Source: Octopus vulgaris
Lineage: Eukaryota
Direction of reading: 5' to 3'
Length of the DNA stretch: 64,000 nucleotides
Assembly: GCA_951406725.2 (NCBI GenBank)
Contig: OX597826.1
Coordinates: 62,310,001-62,374,000 of the forward strand
Part shown: positions 44,453-57,247 of the stretch, piece by piece
Layout of the letters: each line of letters starts with the position of its first letter
Position numbering within the stretch: position 1 is the first letter of the stretch
The notes under the pieces: model-generated
What the model was told of the DNA's origin: nothing
Databases searched by the model: none
What the model saw: the letters and a program-made list of their open reading frames with translations, nothing else
Translations under genes and position numbers: made by a program

Positions 44453-45479
44453 TAATAATAATAATAATAGATATCTATAATATGAGTTGGACCTCTACTA
44501 CGCTCCCAGGAAACTTAAAATCGCATGGAGCTCTGTGAAGCTGTTATGAAATGCGCATATATGCGTTTGTATATTGTGTGTGTGTACGTATGTATGTTTG
44601 TGTGTATGTATGTTTGCGTGTGTATGTTTATGTGCGTGTGCGTGTATATGTGTCTGTGTTTGCTTGCGTGTGCGTATGTGTATGTGTGGGTCAGTGTAAA
44701 ATCCCCTCGCGGCTCCTTACCCGTTAAGGTCAACACAATGACACAGGTGTTTCTTTTGCATTATCTTTTTGTTTAGTAATGTTTTTAATTTTCAACACTT
44801 TTCTCCTTTTCCTATATTTTATGTTGTAATCAATCAAATTTCAGATGAAAGCTAATATTTTGTACATTGTCCAAATATACGATTCCGACGTAAACATTAA
44901 AGGCCAAAGGTGACTAGACTAATACAAAACATACACAAGCAAGTTCCCCTGGCAATGTTCCCCCACTCAAAATTACCCAACATAATTAAGGAAGTGAAGA
45001 CAACTGTCTATTTAGTTTGAAAGATTGTTCAGCAAAAACTTTTTTTATCACACATCTTTTCCTTAACTAACACTGTATTTCTTAATTACAAGAGCAACAA
45101 AGAATAAAATATAATAGTTAATATCATCGAGGCTCCTTAGGGCACCGGCTTTGCAGAATCCGTAAAAATGTGTGGGTCGAAATCGAAATGATTTATGGTA
45201 AAAGAAATGGTGATATATAATCTTTAGAAATCTTTCATGTCTTTATTTACAAAGTCAGCTTTTAATTAATCAGTGGGAGATTGATAAAATAAATACCGTT
45301 TAAGGCCTTTTTCTGTGTCTTATCTTTAGCCGTAAATATCATAAGACCGCTTAACTGGTTTCTATGACGTTTAAGTGACGGGGCAAATAACCTTCTCCGT
45401 GAACGGGACGCCGATCCGATGCAACGTTCAAGCTATGTAATTTTGTGGGAAGGGAGCAGATCGCTTGCATGCCCCCAAT

Positions 45480-45620
45480 TCTTGAATCGTTAGCGACCCC
45501 AAAGAGATGAAAGGCAAACGTGGTCTCGGCAGGAATACAACCCAGCATGTAAAGAATCGAAAGAAATACTGCAAAGCACTTTGTTCGACTTTTTAACCAT
45601 TCTGCTAGGTAGCCACCACC
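45480..45620 (-). mobile_element. SINE family B, degenerate
   Basis: CGACCCCAAAGAGATGAAAGGCAAA...CTCGGC and ATTCTGCTAG...GCCACC match the reverse complement of family B. Confidence 0.6.
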
Positions 45621-45749
45621 TTATATTTTGTTTACAGCCACCTACTGAATTTCCTAATTTCGAAGGTAAAACATTTATTAATCTGTTGTTGATTAGCGAA
45701 ATAAACACCGGTAATTCTTCAATCATATATAATCAACTGTAGATCTTCT

Positions 45750-46050
45750 GAACTCCGCAAACTTATTAGTAGATATAGAGAATAGGAAGTGCTAGATAAT
45801 TGACTTAACAGTTCTAAATTATGAAAAAATCAATACGAGAGATGTATATGAACGTAGCAAAGTACCAGAACCTAGAATTTGAATTACAGAGACTATGGAA
45901 AGTGTGGAGAAAATTTATCCCAGTAGTTATAGGTGTACTGTGAACTCTCCCTAAAGATCTGAAAAGATGGATAGAGGAAATAGGTATAAAACCTAGTTTA
46001 GTACAGCTCCAGAACATAGTGTTATTTAGGACAGCTAAATTTACCTGAGA
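45750..46050 (+). pseudogene. Second, older R4/Dong-like endonuclease remnant
   Basis: RKC*IIDLTV...KYQNLEFELQRLWKV...IPVVIGVL*TLPKDLKRWIEEIGI...QLQNIVLFRTAK; (AAT)n field follows at 46315. Confidence 0.75.
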
Positions 46051-46348
46051 TAAAAGCACAGCTAAAGCAAGATATCCTTGTCAAAGCACAAGATGTCCAC
46101 GCCAAAGCATAAAGTATTCGCTGGTATAAGAAATGATAACGTTTCTTTGAACAAAGCAAACAGTTCAAATCCCAGCCCGTTATTTGGCAACTGCCCCTGC
46201 CACTTCACCTTCCCAAAGTTTCAGTCATTTCTTTTCCTTCACTCGCTCTAGGACGCTGAGTGTGCCTCAACAAGTGATTGTAACAAGCATGCAGATTAAA
46301 ATTAAATAAATACCAATAATAATAATGATAATAATAATAATAATAATG

Positions 46349-46383
<35 letters not shown>

Positions 46384-46404
46384 AATAATAATAATAATGA
46401 TGAT

Positions 46405-46446
<42 letters not shown>

Positions 46447-46499
46447 TAGAAGAAGAAGAAGAAGAAGAAGAAGAAGAAGAAGAAGAATGATGATGATGA

Positions 46500-46606
<107 letters not shown>

Positions 46607-46649
46607 AATGATGATGATGATGATGATGATGATGATAAAAATAATAATG

Positions 46650-46680
<31 letters not shown>

Positions 46681-46914
46681 TAATAATAATAATAATAATA
46701 ATAATAATATCACACGTATTGAGAAGAGCAGTGTCGATGTGAGAACTGTTGCTGCTCATGTATTTTAATTTGACTTTAAAAAAAAAAAAAAATGAACGAA
46801 CTACTGAGTTTGGTTTAATGGACTACCAATGTATACTATGAGTTTCTTTGCCCTAGGAGTCGGGAAGACACTCGGCAAGAAATGGAAGCAAATTTGAAAG
46901 AAGAAGAAAAAAAA

Positions 46915-46952
<38 letters not shown>

Positions 46953-46984
46953 TGATGATGATGATAATAATGATAATAATAATG

Positions 46985-47025
<41 letters not shown>

Positions 47026-48141
47026 TACATGTCTTATTGTTGCTGAGTGGATGATAAACAAAATATATATCTGATGGAACCTAAACTAAGTTAGAAAGTC
47101 GTGGCGGATTCAAGGGAGTTACGTTGAGCTTTCAAAGTGGAAGGATGAGGAGCAAGGGTAAAAGGAGGCGGAGGAAAGCCGCAACTGATAATGATCACCA
47201 CCAGTCATCTGTTTGTACAATAAAACTCTCTTCAGTGTTTTGTACACGCTATTGGCGCATCGCAATAATTAGAGCTGAGGGCAAGTAGGGGATTGTTGAT
47301 AACGATAGAAAAGCTCCTGTTTAAAATATCTTAATCATTGGAAAGCTGTTAGCTTAATGAAGGTGAAGATGGAGGAAATAGAATCCAATATTTATTTATG
47401 AAGAGAGTTTCAGTAATTTAAAGTAATTTACTGTTAATTACGGTAAATAACATGTCAATGCGAGAAGATAAATGTATCTGTTGGGAGAGAAGTACGTGTA
47501 CGTGTGTATGTGTGTGTGTGTGTGAGTATGATTGTGTACATGTTCGTATGTGTGTATGCGTATGTAGGTGTGTGTGTGTGCGTACATATATCTGAGGAGC
47601 CGTTGATGTGTGAGTATGTGTGCGTATGAGTGTTTGTATGTGAGGATGAATGATAGTTGTTTATTTATGTATGAGAGATACGCAGAAGCTCAGATACCTT
47701 TGTGTGTATGTGTGTGTATGTGTGTTTCTGTATGAATGTGTGTACCTATATCGTTGGAATCTTAGATGCCTCAATTTGATGTGTGTGAGTGTGTGTGTCT
47801 GTGTGTGTGCTTCTGCGAACGTGTAGGTATGCGTATGCATATGTAAGGATGTATGGGAGTAGAAAATGAAAAATAAATAACGGCTACCTATATAATCCAG
47901 CGTGTGCAATGTAGGCAGAGCTAACAGTGTATATGTATGCGCATATCCGTGTGTATATGTGTCTGTGTTTGCGCGTGTGCGCGAGAGTGGAATACGATGG
48001 AAATGGAATGTGCGACTAATAAAACAGGAAACTTAATTAACAACTAAAATCTCTGGATCTATTCCTCAGTACATATGATTTTATATTTGCAATTATATGA
48101 ATGTTATACACACACACGCGCGCCCATATATATATATATAT

Positions 48142-48869
48142 ACAATTCATAAATAAGGGCAAACGAAGTAATTTCTAATGCCAAATATGCCGAAAAATTG
48201 GACATATTGTCCATGAACCATATAATATTTCACAATACGCACGCTACCCGTTTGCCCTTATTTAGGAATTGTTTATAATTTTAACATTTAGAGGTATTTT
48301 TAATATGCTGGCCATTGATAAAATTCTTTTCCAACACAAATTTTTTCGAAAAAATTTTATCCTACATTAGATATAAATTTAAGCGTTCACTTCTGGACTA
48401 TTTCACTCTGTAAGAGCATTAGTTCAAATTGCACGTGTCTCGAATGGGCTAGAGTATTTCTATTTTGGATGTATTTGGGGTACTTAATTGTGCTCATGAC
48501 TTAGTGTTTGCTTCTTCCATGGGTATGAGTAAGTATCTCATTTATTTCTTTTGCCACATGTATCACTGACGAAGGGAGGGCCATTATAAGCTAACCCTGA
48601 AATCGGTCCGATATGCCAATAATGGAATTTTTTAGAAATTTCTGTCCACCTTTTTTCGGGTAGCGTGCGTATTGTGAAAAATTATATGGTTAATGGACAA
48701 TATGTCCAATTTTTCGGCATATTTGGCATTAGAAATTATTTCGTTTGCCCTTGTTTATGAATTGTTTATAATTTTAACCTTTAAAGGTATTTTTTAATAT
48801 GATGGCCATTGATAAAATTTTTTTGGGAAAGAATATTTTTCGAAAAAATTTTATCCTACATTAGATATA
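48142..48869 (+). mobile_element. (TA)n-flanked non-coding Penelope-pLTR/retrozyme-like element: 5' inverted arm, 493-bp unit with terminal direct repeat, and a hammerhead
   Basis: Inverted repeat 48142-48250 / 48657-48765; direct repeat 48249-48375 / 48742-48869; hammerhead motif at 48561. Confidence 0.75.
48561..48613 (+). ncRNA. Minimal type-I hammerhead ribozyme motif (slightly decayed)
   Basis: TATCA|CTGACGA|AGGG...CCCT|GAAA|TCGG|TC|CGATA; stem III loop is one substitution from the palindrome ACCGGT; one mismatch at the base of stem I. Confidence 0.72.
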
Positions 48870-48883
48870 TATATATATGTATA

Positions 48884-48936
<53 letters not shown>

Positions 48937-48977
48937 CGTATACACACACATAAATATATATATATACTCATACATGC

Positions 48978-49029
<52 letters not shown>

Positions 49030-49172
49030 CAGTGTGTGTGTGTGTGTGCGTATTTTCTTTTCGTGTTTATAAATATATGTAGAAGTTACGGAGTTACTTA
49101 TTCGACAAATATTCGGTATTTACGTCTCAATATAATATATGTTGATTACAAAAAATATATATACATACATCA

Positions 49173-49222
<50 letters not shown>

Positions 49223-49223
<1 letters not shown>

Positions 49224-50851
49224 CTCATTGTTTGGGATAAAGCAACTATGTCCCATAATTGTGCCCTACAAGCACTTGATACCACAATGAAAAACCTTAA
49301 ATCGAACAACATCCTTGAAGGTGCGGCTCTACTTCTTGCAGGAGATTTTTGACAAACTCTGCCTATTATACCCAAAGGAACACCCGCTTATGAACTTAAC
49401 GTCTGCCTTTTAAAAATTCCTCCTTTTCTCAAATGTCCAATCGAAACAACTCACCATCAACATAAGATCATTCATGCATACCGGTCAGTCTGCAACCCAG
49501 TTTCTGCAAATGCTCCTTATAATCGAAAATAGCCAAATTTCGTCCGACGACACCGGATACATTGACACTACCACCATTGGCCACACTGTCACCAACTCTG
49601 ATGAATTATGGTCTGCCGTTTACCCAAACCATGCAACGGAATACATAAAACCAGGTTGGCTTCGCGGCAATGCTGTTCTTGCATCTACAAATGCAGCTGT
49701 CAACACTCTTAACCACGACTTACTCAGTCAGCTACCTTCTCAAGAACACTGTTACAGATCAGTTGACACTGTTACCGACCTCAACCAGGTTACACATATT
49801 CCAACAGAATTTCTCAACTCCTATGATATCCCTCCTCATGAGGGAGTTCACTTAAAAGTCGGTTGCCCTGTCATCCTCCTACACAATCTAAACACACCCA
49901 CACTATGCAACAGAACGCGCCCTGTGGTGAAACAAATGACTGACTGCGTCATTGAATCCCAAATTATAACGGGACACAGCTAAAACGATACCGTTTTCAT
50001 TCTGAAAATTCCGCCAATACCAACAGACTGCTCCTACCCTATGCAGAGACTTCAGTTTCCTCTCAAACTCAGCTTCGCCATGACAATTAACAAAGCACAA
50101 GATCAGTCGCTGAAAATTGTCGGATTGGACTATCGAACGTCGTGCTTTTCGCATGGACAGTTCTACGTCGGTTGTTCCAGAGTTTAGCATCCAAACAACT
50201 TATTCATCTATGCTCCTGAAGGAAAAGCCATAAAAACGTCGTCTACAAAGCAACCCTACAGTAGTTATTCTTCTGCAATCTTCACATCTACGCCAAAATG
50301 TAGCCATTAGCAATCAGACTTCCTGCAAGTATTTCATTGATATTTTGCTTCATTACCCTGATTGCAGTTAACAGTATATTACGCTTCTTTCTTCATGCAT
50401 GCTGTTTACTCATAAGCATGCTCTGACATTTATTTTTGAAAAATACCATTATTTAATTTGTGTGTTATAAATGTTTCCTTTTCGTTATCACACATGACTT
50501 TCATTGGAAAAAAAAGCTTCAATGCGGTTGTGTCAAGCATTACGAGAAAAATAAGTACATGATACAAAACGCTTCAACTAAGATATACGATCCCTATATA
50601 TCTACTGAATTGCGATCTCATTTCATGGCTTTTCATTTATTACTAACGGCCAAATCTATATTCAAGAAATTTTATTCATTACGTAAGTTGCTTAATACCA
50701 TATCATAAACTGTTAACGAAAATAGTAATTATATATTTTTTGCTTATCAACTTGAAATGACTTCTAACTGAGGGCTAGTTCAACTTAAACCGTCCACGGG
50801 GGTGCACCAAATTATAAATTACACCGTCCAAAGGACGGGTGCATCTGCTAC
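49223..50851 (+). mobile_element. Helitron 3' remnant with PIF1-like helicase pseudogene
   Basis: LIVWDKATMSH..LQALD...LLLAGDF*QTLPIIPKG, AVLASTNAAV..LN, IPTEFLNS...LKVGCPVILLHNLN..LCNRTR, RLQFPLKLSFAMTINKAQDQSL..VGLD...FSHGQFYVGCSRV; 3' hairpin CCGTCC-AAA-GGACGG followed by GTGCATCTGCTAC. Confidence 0.92.
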
Positions 50852-50869
50852 TTGACAAATAATAAGAAG

Positions 50870-50957
50870 CTTTGGGCAAACTCTTGTATAGGATCACGAG
50901 CCGACTAATTCCTTGTGGATGAATTTGGTAGAAGAAACTCTCTGGAAGCCCGTAGAT

Positions 50958-50992
<35 letters not shown>

Positions 50993-51262
50993 ATATATAA
51001 TATAATATAATATAATATGTACATACTCATATATGTGTGTGTGTTTTTGCATGTATCTGTATATAGTTGTGGTTGTCCCATCACCGCCGTTTTGCAACCG
51101 GGGTTGACTTGTTTACGTCCCCATAACCTAGCTGTTTGATAAAAGATCGGTTTAATAAGTATAACAGTTTTAAGTATATAAAAAAAAACTGGAATTTGTT
51201 TGTTCGACCAAACATTTCAAGGTCGTGCCCCAACTGCTCAAACAAGTGAAAGATAAATGAAA
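50870..51262 (+). mobile_element. SINE family A, degenerate
   Basis: TTGGGCAA..., GAATTTGGTAGA..GAAGCCCGT, microsatellite, GTTTACGTCCCCATAAC, AAACAAGTGAAAGA tail. Confidence 0.7.
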
Positions 51263-52121
51263 TAGACACGCAGACTCTGGCATAATGTTACCCAAACCGT
51301 AATTTACATATTTGCTAGAAAAGGTTAAAGAAAGAAAAAAAGCAAAGAGAAAAATTGCTTCTTACTTTTTTTGTTTCCTTTTGTTTGTTTGTTTTTTCTG
51401 CACAGATTTAATTATTCGTAATTAGTTTTGTAATGCTCATGCATTAAATCTGGAAACACTCGTTTGACAATTGTTTATCATGACAATAGTCTACGTAAGT
51501 AAATTCTCTCAGTATTGTAGTCTCTAAAATATGCTAATGCCTTACACCCACTGATTTACTGAAGTATATATTTACATAAACGATTGCAACGTGGAACGAC
51601 ACATGTTAGCCATTCCGAAACACACAAAAACAGTTAGCTTCACTTAAACATTCATTGCTTGTAATATGGCGTCTAACACTTCGTCGCTCGAAACTGCGAC
51701 CGCATCGCCGATAGCGTTTCACTGCATCTCCGTACACCTCCCGAATATTTACATAAGAATTCACTCGGCATTGCTTCCGGGATTATGCCGAAGTCTGTTT
51801 ATCCATTAAAGCTATTCTGCCGAGGCTAAAACAAAAGAATTGACCTATAGTCAAACGAAGGTTTATAAGAAAACAGAATCTGAAAGAGTAACCTCTCAGG
51901 TATCGAGCGTATGAGCACAGAATAAATCTCCATTTGATTAACGAATATAATGAAATTATATAGTAAATTACTAACGTCTGAATGGAAAAAAATATCGGAT
52001 ACATGCAAACAAATACACACACACATACACAAACACACGAACGAATGCGCACATATGTATATGTGTGTAAGTGTGTATGTATATATATATGTCAATATAT
52101 ATACAAATATCTATACATATA

Positions 52122-52169
<48 letters not shown>

Positions 52170-52187
52170 GGGGGAGAAAGAGAGAAT

Positions 52188-52231
<44 letters not shown>

Positions 52232-52242
52232 AAGATAAATAG

Positions 52243-52316
<74 letters not shown>

Positions 52317-52857
52317 TGATAGATAGATAAATAGATGTTTACGGAGGTCATTGTAAATGAACATTAAAAATTCAAAACACGTCGATAAGCACATTATAAG
52401 TCAATTTACATATATGTATCGTTCTTGTAAAAGCAAATCATTGAATTGCCTGATAAGTAGATAAAGTTCTTTAACAATCAATTGATATGTGAAAATATTT
52501 ATGTTGCAGGTCAAGTGATTTTACAAAGGTTTTCTTATCAACACCAAAGATCTTGCGCGAAATCGATTCGGTATTTATTGTTTCCCGTTTTGTATGTTTA
52601 TTTTATTAAAGGAAATCTTTAGGACAGTATCTTGGGGTGTATTGATTTCTAATAACGATAGAGAAGAATTGCTGTTGAAATTTAAAAAGTCTATGATTTT
52701 CTATAATATTAATTTAAAATTTTGGTAGAAGTCCAGCAATTTGACAGGAGTAGGTCGATTACAATGACCCAATTGTTCAAATAGTACTTCAAAACACACT
52801 TATGTATGTATGTGTGTATGCGTTTGCGTGTATATATATATATGTATATATATTATA

Positions 52858-53150
52858 TTATATTATATAAAATCCGTTCTGTCTGTCTGTGTGTGTATCT
52901 TCTAGGATCTCGGGCATCCTCCATCCGATTGCGCTAAAATTTGATATGTAAATACCGACGGTATCAAGGCGTGTACAAGTCTTGAAAAAATTACAAAAAT
53001 CTATTCCAGGTGAGAATGCGATCGATAAAGCCGCGGGAACGTACATTTGTAAGCGCAAGTACATCAGCTGTTGCGATCGATACTACGCGTACTCGAGAAA
53101 AATGCACGTGCAGTTTGCGCAAAGAATGCCGGCCTGTTTGGTGTCTCAAA
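52858..53150 (+). mobile_element. Probable Helitron/HINE-type non-autonomous element, 5' part
   Basis: TATATAAAATCCGTTCTGTCTGTCTGTG start followed by CATCCGATTGCGCTAAAATTTG, typical of DINE-1/HINE-like 5' regions; no 3' CTAG identified. Confidence 0.5.
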
Positions 53151-53260
53151 TTTAGGTTAAATCAGTGTTTCTCAAAGGGGAGGCCTAGTTGCTTTGATAA
53201 AATTTGGTTTGAATGTTTGACAACTCAGCACAGTCCATTGGACGGGAGGCGTTTTGCTCG

Positions 53261-53291
<31 letters not shown>

Positions 53292-53319
53292 GCGTGTGTG
53301 TGTGTGTGTATGTTACACA

Positions 53320-53528
53320 CTTGTTACAGTCATTTGACTGCGGCCACACTGCATCATCGCTTTAAAGAGTAGTAGTCGAAGAAATTGCCCCCAGGACTAA
53401 TTTTTGTAAGCCTAGTACGTATCATATCGGTTTCTTATGCCGAATCGCTAAGTTACGGGGACATAACCACACTAGCATCGGTTGGCAAGCGATGGCGTCG
53501 GAACAAACACACATATAAATATGTACAC

Positions 53529-53582
<54 letters not shown>

Positions 53583-53640
53583 CGGTCTTCTATTAGTTTC
53601 CGTCAACCCGATCCACTCAAAAGGCTTTAGTCGGCCTGAT
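53320..53640 (-). mobile_element. SINE family A, 3' part
   Basis: CAGTCATTTGACTGCGGCCA, GCCGAATCGCTAAGTTACGGGGAC, (CA)(TA)n, GACGG..TT...AGTTTCCGTC. Confidence 0.78.
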
Positions 53641-53740
53641 ATAATATATATATATACGCACTTACTTACAAACACACACCCACACCCCACACATATACAA
53701 ACACACACGCTATCTATCTACCTATCTGCCTATCTATCTA

Positions 53741-53779
<39 letters not shown>

Positions 53780-54124
53780 ATCACCCTCCCTTTCTATTAT
53801 ATGTATATATACATGTGTGTATGTAAGTGTGTGTACGACACACACGCGCACATGCAGACACGCTCACAGTGAAATACACACAGAAGTGTGTGTCTATGTG
53901 ACTATACTATTTTATATATTACGCATAGACAACCCTTTTCAAGAGGCGGCCGGGCCGCATAAAGCATGGATCATCCTCTGGAGGGCCACACAACCAAGAA
54001 AACTGAATTTTAATTTTTGTCAGCCGTGCTAGTCAGAAAACCTGTGGTCAGCAGGTCGCTTATGGGTTCTCCTTCAGTGACAATGTATTTTTGTGGATAA
54101 TTGAGTCTACAAGAGACGAAGGTT

Positions 54125-54143
54125 AGAAAAGAAAGAAACAAAC

Positions 54144-54182
<39 letters not shown>

Positions 54183-54550
54183 AAAGAATGAAGGAGGATG
54201 AGAAGAAGAAGAAGAAGAAGAAGAAGAAGAAGAAGAAGAAGAAGAAGAAGAAGAAGAAGAAGAAGAAGAAGAAGAAGAAGAAGAAGCCGAAGAAGAAGGA
54301 GGATGAGAAGAAGAAGAAGAAGAAGAAGAAGAAGAAGAAGCCGAAGAAGAAGAAGAAGACGAAGAAGAAGAAGAAGAAGAAGAAGGATGAGAAGAAGAAG
54401 AAGAAGAAGAAGAAGAAGAAGAAGAAGAAGAAGAAGAAGAAGAAGAAGAAGAAGAAGAAGAAGAAGAAGAAGAAGAAGAAGAAGAAGAAGAAGAAGAAGA
54501 AGAAATGGCTAATGGTTTTTGGCGTCAGACTTGCCGAAAATAGAACTGAA
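54125..54550. repeat. (GAAA)n/(GAA)n tract ending in the same 45-bp motif as at 12239/12432
   Basis: ATGGCTAATGGTTTTTGGCGTCAGACTTGCCGAAAATAGAACTGA at 54505 (2 substitutions relative to the other copies). Confidence 0.92.
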
Positions 54551-55190
54551 TAGATAGTTGACATTGGGAATTAATTTTTACGATTTCTATTTTAGGAATG
54601 TGTTTAGTCATTTGGTTGAAATCACGCAAGCGTGGCAGCAAACAAAGGTGGATAAGAAGATGAAGATAATTGAAAGGTCAAGTTAGAGGAAAATATTTCT
54701 TCCCCTTCCTCTTCCACTTCCACTTAATCTTCTTCTCCTTCTTCTTCTTCTTCTCCTCTCTTCTCCTTCTTCTTCTTTTTCTCTCTTCTCCTTCTTCTTC
54801 TTTTCTCTCTTCTACTTCTTCTTCTTCTCCTTCTTCTTCTTTTCTTCTTCTACTTCTTCTTCTTCTTCTTCTTTTCTTCACTTTTCTCTTGTCTTCTTCC
54901 TGTCGCTCCTTTTTCTTCTTCGTTCCCCACTTTATCCACCTCTTCCTCCTTCTCTCCCTCGTCTCCTCCTCCTCCTCTTCCTTCTCCTTCCTCTTCTTCT
55001 TCTACTACTACTACTACTACTACCCCACCACTTCATATGTAACGTATTACCTTTTTGTTAATCCACTTACGTGCTGTGTAATGTTTCACTTGTTCATTTT
55101 TTTAAAGCTACACAAAATATAACAATATAGCTGTTTACATTTATATCTATGTGTGTGCGTGTGTTTGTGTGTGTGGGAGAGAGAAAAAGA

Positions 55191-55224
<34 letters not shown>

Positions 55225-55449
55225 GTGAGCGTGTGTGTGTGCGTGCGTGTGTGTTTGTGCGCGTGCCCCGGTGTATGAAGTCAGAGATCTGACCTCTTAA
55301 GCCAGTAATTTTCCTTTTAACCACGTTAGCCAATACAACCGGTACATGATCAGGGTGTCAGCGACTAAACCGGCAAGTCAACTTAGCTTTCTGGGTAGGG
55401 AAGTAATTGTTGTAAACCTGAGCATGTGCATGTATGTATGGTCAAGGTT

Positions 55450-55600
55450 ACATGACCTACTTGTTAGGCGGTTTCACTCACGATCGAGAGATCGTGGTTT
55501 CAATCACTGGACCAGGTGGTACGTCGTGTCTTTGAGCAAAACATCATATCATGTTGCCCTGCGATCTTTGACGGCTGATGAGTGGTTCACCATGCAACTC
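55450..55600 (+). mobile_element. SINE family D, degenerate 5' part
   Basis: CACTCACGATCG..AGATCGTGGTTTCAAT..CTGGACC, GTGTCTTTGAGCAAAACA. Confidence 0.55.
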
Positions 55601-55632
55601 TTCAGGTAACTTTCACTTGATAGAAAGAGTGA

Positions 55633-55698
<66 letters not shown>

Positions 55699-55701
<3 letters not shown>

Positions 55702-55806
55702 CAATAAGAGGCTTCCAAATAGGAAAGCGTTGTGCTAGAACACAAAAAAGGGATAAATGTTGTGTTCTAGCACAACGCTTTCCTATTTGGAAGCCTTTTA
55801 TTGTAT
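55699..55806. repeat. Near-perfect hairpin (47-bp arms) at the start of a TA-flanked element extending to ~55900
   Basis: ATACAATAAGAGGCTTCCAAATAGGAAAGCGTTGTGCTAGAACACAA / TTGTGTTCTAGCACAACGCTTTCCTATTTGGAAGCCTTTTATTGTAT. Confidence 0.93.
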
Positions 55807-56694
55807 TTCTATATGAATAATATATAGTCTAATGACTAATTCGTTTTTTTTGTGCTAGGCCACTGGTACTAATAATTTATTATTACCCTATTTTATTATA
55901 TATATATATATATTGTTTTTGTTTTTATATCACTATAAAAACAAAAGACCCATCATTTTTGTAAAAACTACAGAACTGCCTTTCTCGGAATACCATTTTA
56001 CACATGGTAAAAAGGTGGAGAAAATATTAAAGAGCAGGGTAGGAGACTGAATGCAAATCCGCTTGAGAGAAAGGCACTCATTTGAACCCTGTAATATTTA
56101 AAACATTTTTTTATTTATTTTAGTCATTAGATTGTGACCATGCTAGTGCACTTTTGTAAATTTGGCTTGTGGACGGTTTAAAGGGTTCCAAATATTTAGA
56201 TGTAGGCACTTGAGAAGCACAGCATATATAAATACAAAATTAGACAGATACTGTTTATACTCTTTCTGTTTTTTTTTTTTTGTTTTCTTTTTGTTTTTTC
56301 AGACGCAATCAAAGATTTATTTGAAACTACAGACAGATACAGAACTTTCTTTGCGGCATCGGAGCATCATCTACGTCTGCAGCAATGAAATTCCTTTATA
56401 TGTAATTAGCTCGTTCGTGAATAAAGGTGAAGGAGGCATAGAAAGTAACAAGCGCATCTCAGTCCTTCATTCAAGTGCCGCAACAGACTGCAAGCTGCAG
56501 TCTCGGTAATTAATTAATGATGCGAGTTGCTGTTGATTTCATTAAGGCCAAGACTGAGATGTCTTGCATCAATAATTTCAACAGGCAATTGGTGATCCTG
56601 CTCTTTCTCACTCTCTATCTCTCTCTCTCTCTGAAACTATCTCTCTATCTCTCCCCCTCATCTCTCTCTCTCTCATTTCCTGTCCCTTTTCATG

Positions 56695-56789
56695 TATGTG
56701 TGATGAGAAGCTTGCTTCCGAACCACCGGTCTTTTACTACAGCCTTGTGAATAGATTTTGTAGACGGAAACTGAAGGAAGCCCGTCGTA

Positions 56790-56821
<32 letters not shown>

Positions 56822-56958
56822 ATGTGAAATAGAAAGATGAATAATCTTGTAGTAGATTAATCAAAAGTTTAACCGATACCTTAGTAGCAAAAATCACAGC
56901 AGTAAACAGCACGGTTGGAGGTACAACCATATGGTGTTGCAACCGTGCACCAATAATG

Positions 56959-57011
<53 letters not shown>

Positions 57012-57247
57012 CATATATATGTACATACATATATATAAATGTATGCATGTGAGTGTCTTTTTGTGTGTGTGCGCGTGGATTTATGTGTGCGTGTGTTTGT
57101 CCCCTCTCCATCGCTTAACAATCGATGCTGGTGTGTCTATGTACCCATAACTTGGCCGCTTGGCCCAAGAAACCGATAGAATAAGTCCTGGAATCGAATT
57201 CTTCGACTAAAATCCTTTAAGGTGCTGCTACAGCATGGCCGCAGTCA
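56695..57247 (+). mobile_element. SINE family A with a ~140-bp insertion (56821-56960) inside its TA tract
   Basis: GAGAAGCTTGCTTCCGAACCAC, GTAGACGGAAACTGAAGGAAGCCCGTCG, CGATGCTGGTGTG, CAGCATGGCCGCAGTCA. Confidence 0.8.

Noticed and set aside
51672-51712. Hammerhead-like hairpin on the minus strand (GTCGC/GCGAC followed by GAAG)
   Set aside because: Core reads GCGAUGC...GAAG, too many mismatches to call; may be a decayed copy.
53930-54060. GC-rich GGGCCGCAT/GAGGGCCAC segment resembling hAT MITE subtermini
   Set aside because: No paired TIRs or 8-bp target-site duplication could be identified.
55699-55806. Pre-miRNA interpretation of the hairpin
   Set aside because: Near-perfect stem abutting (TA)n matches insertion-derived fold-backs elsewhere in the window; no known miRNA recognised.
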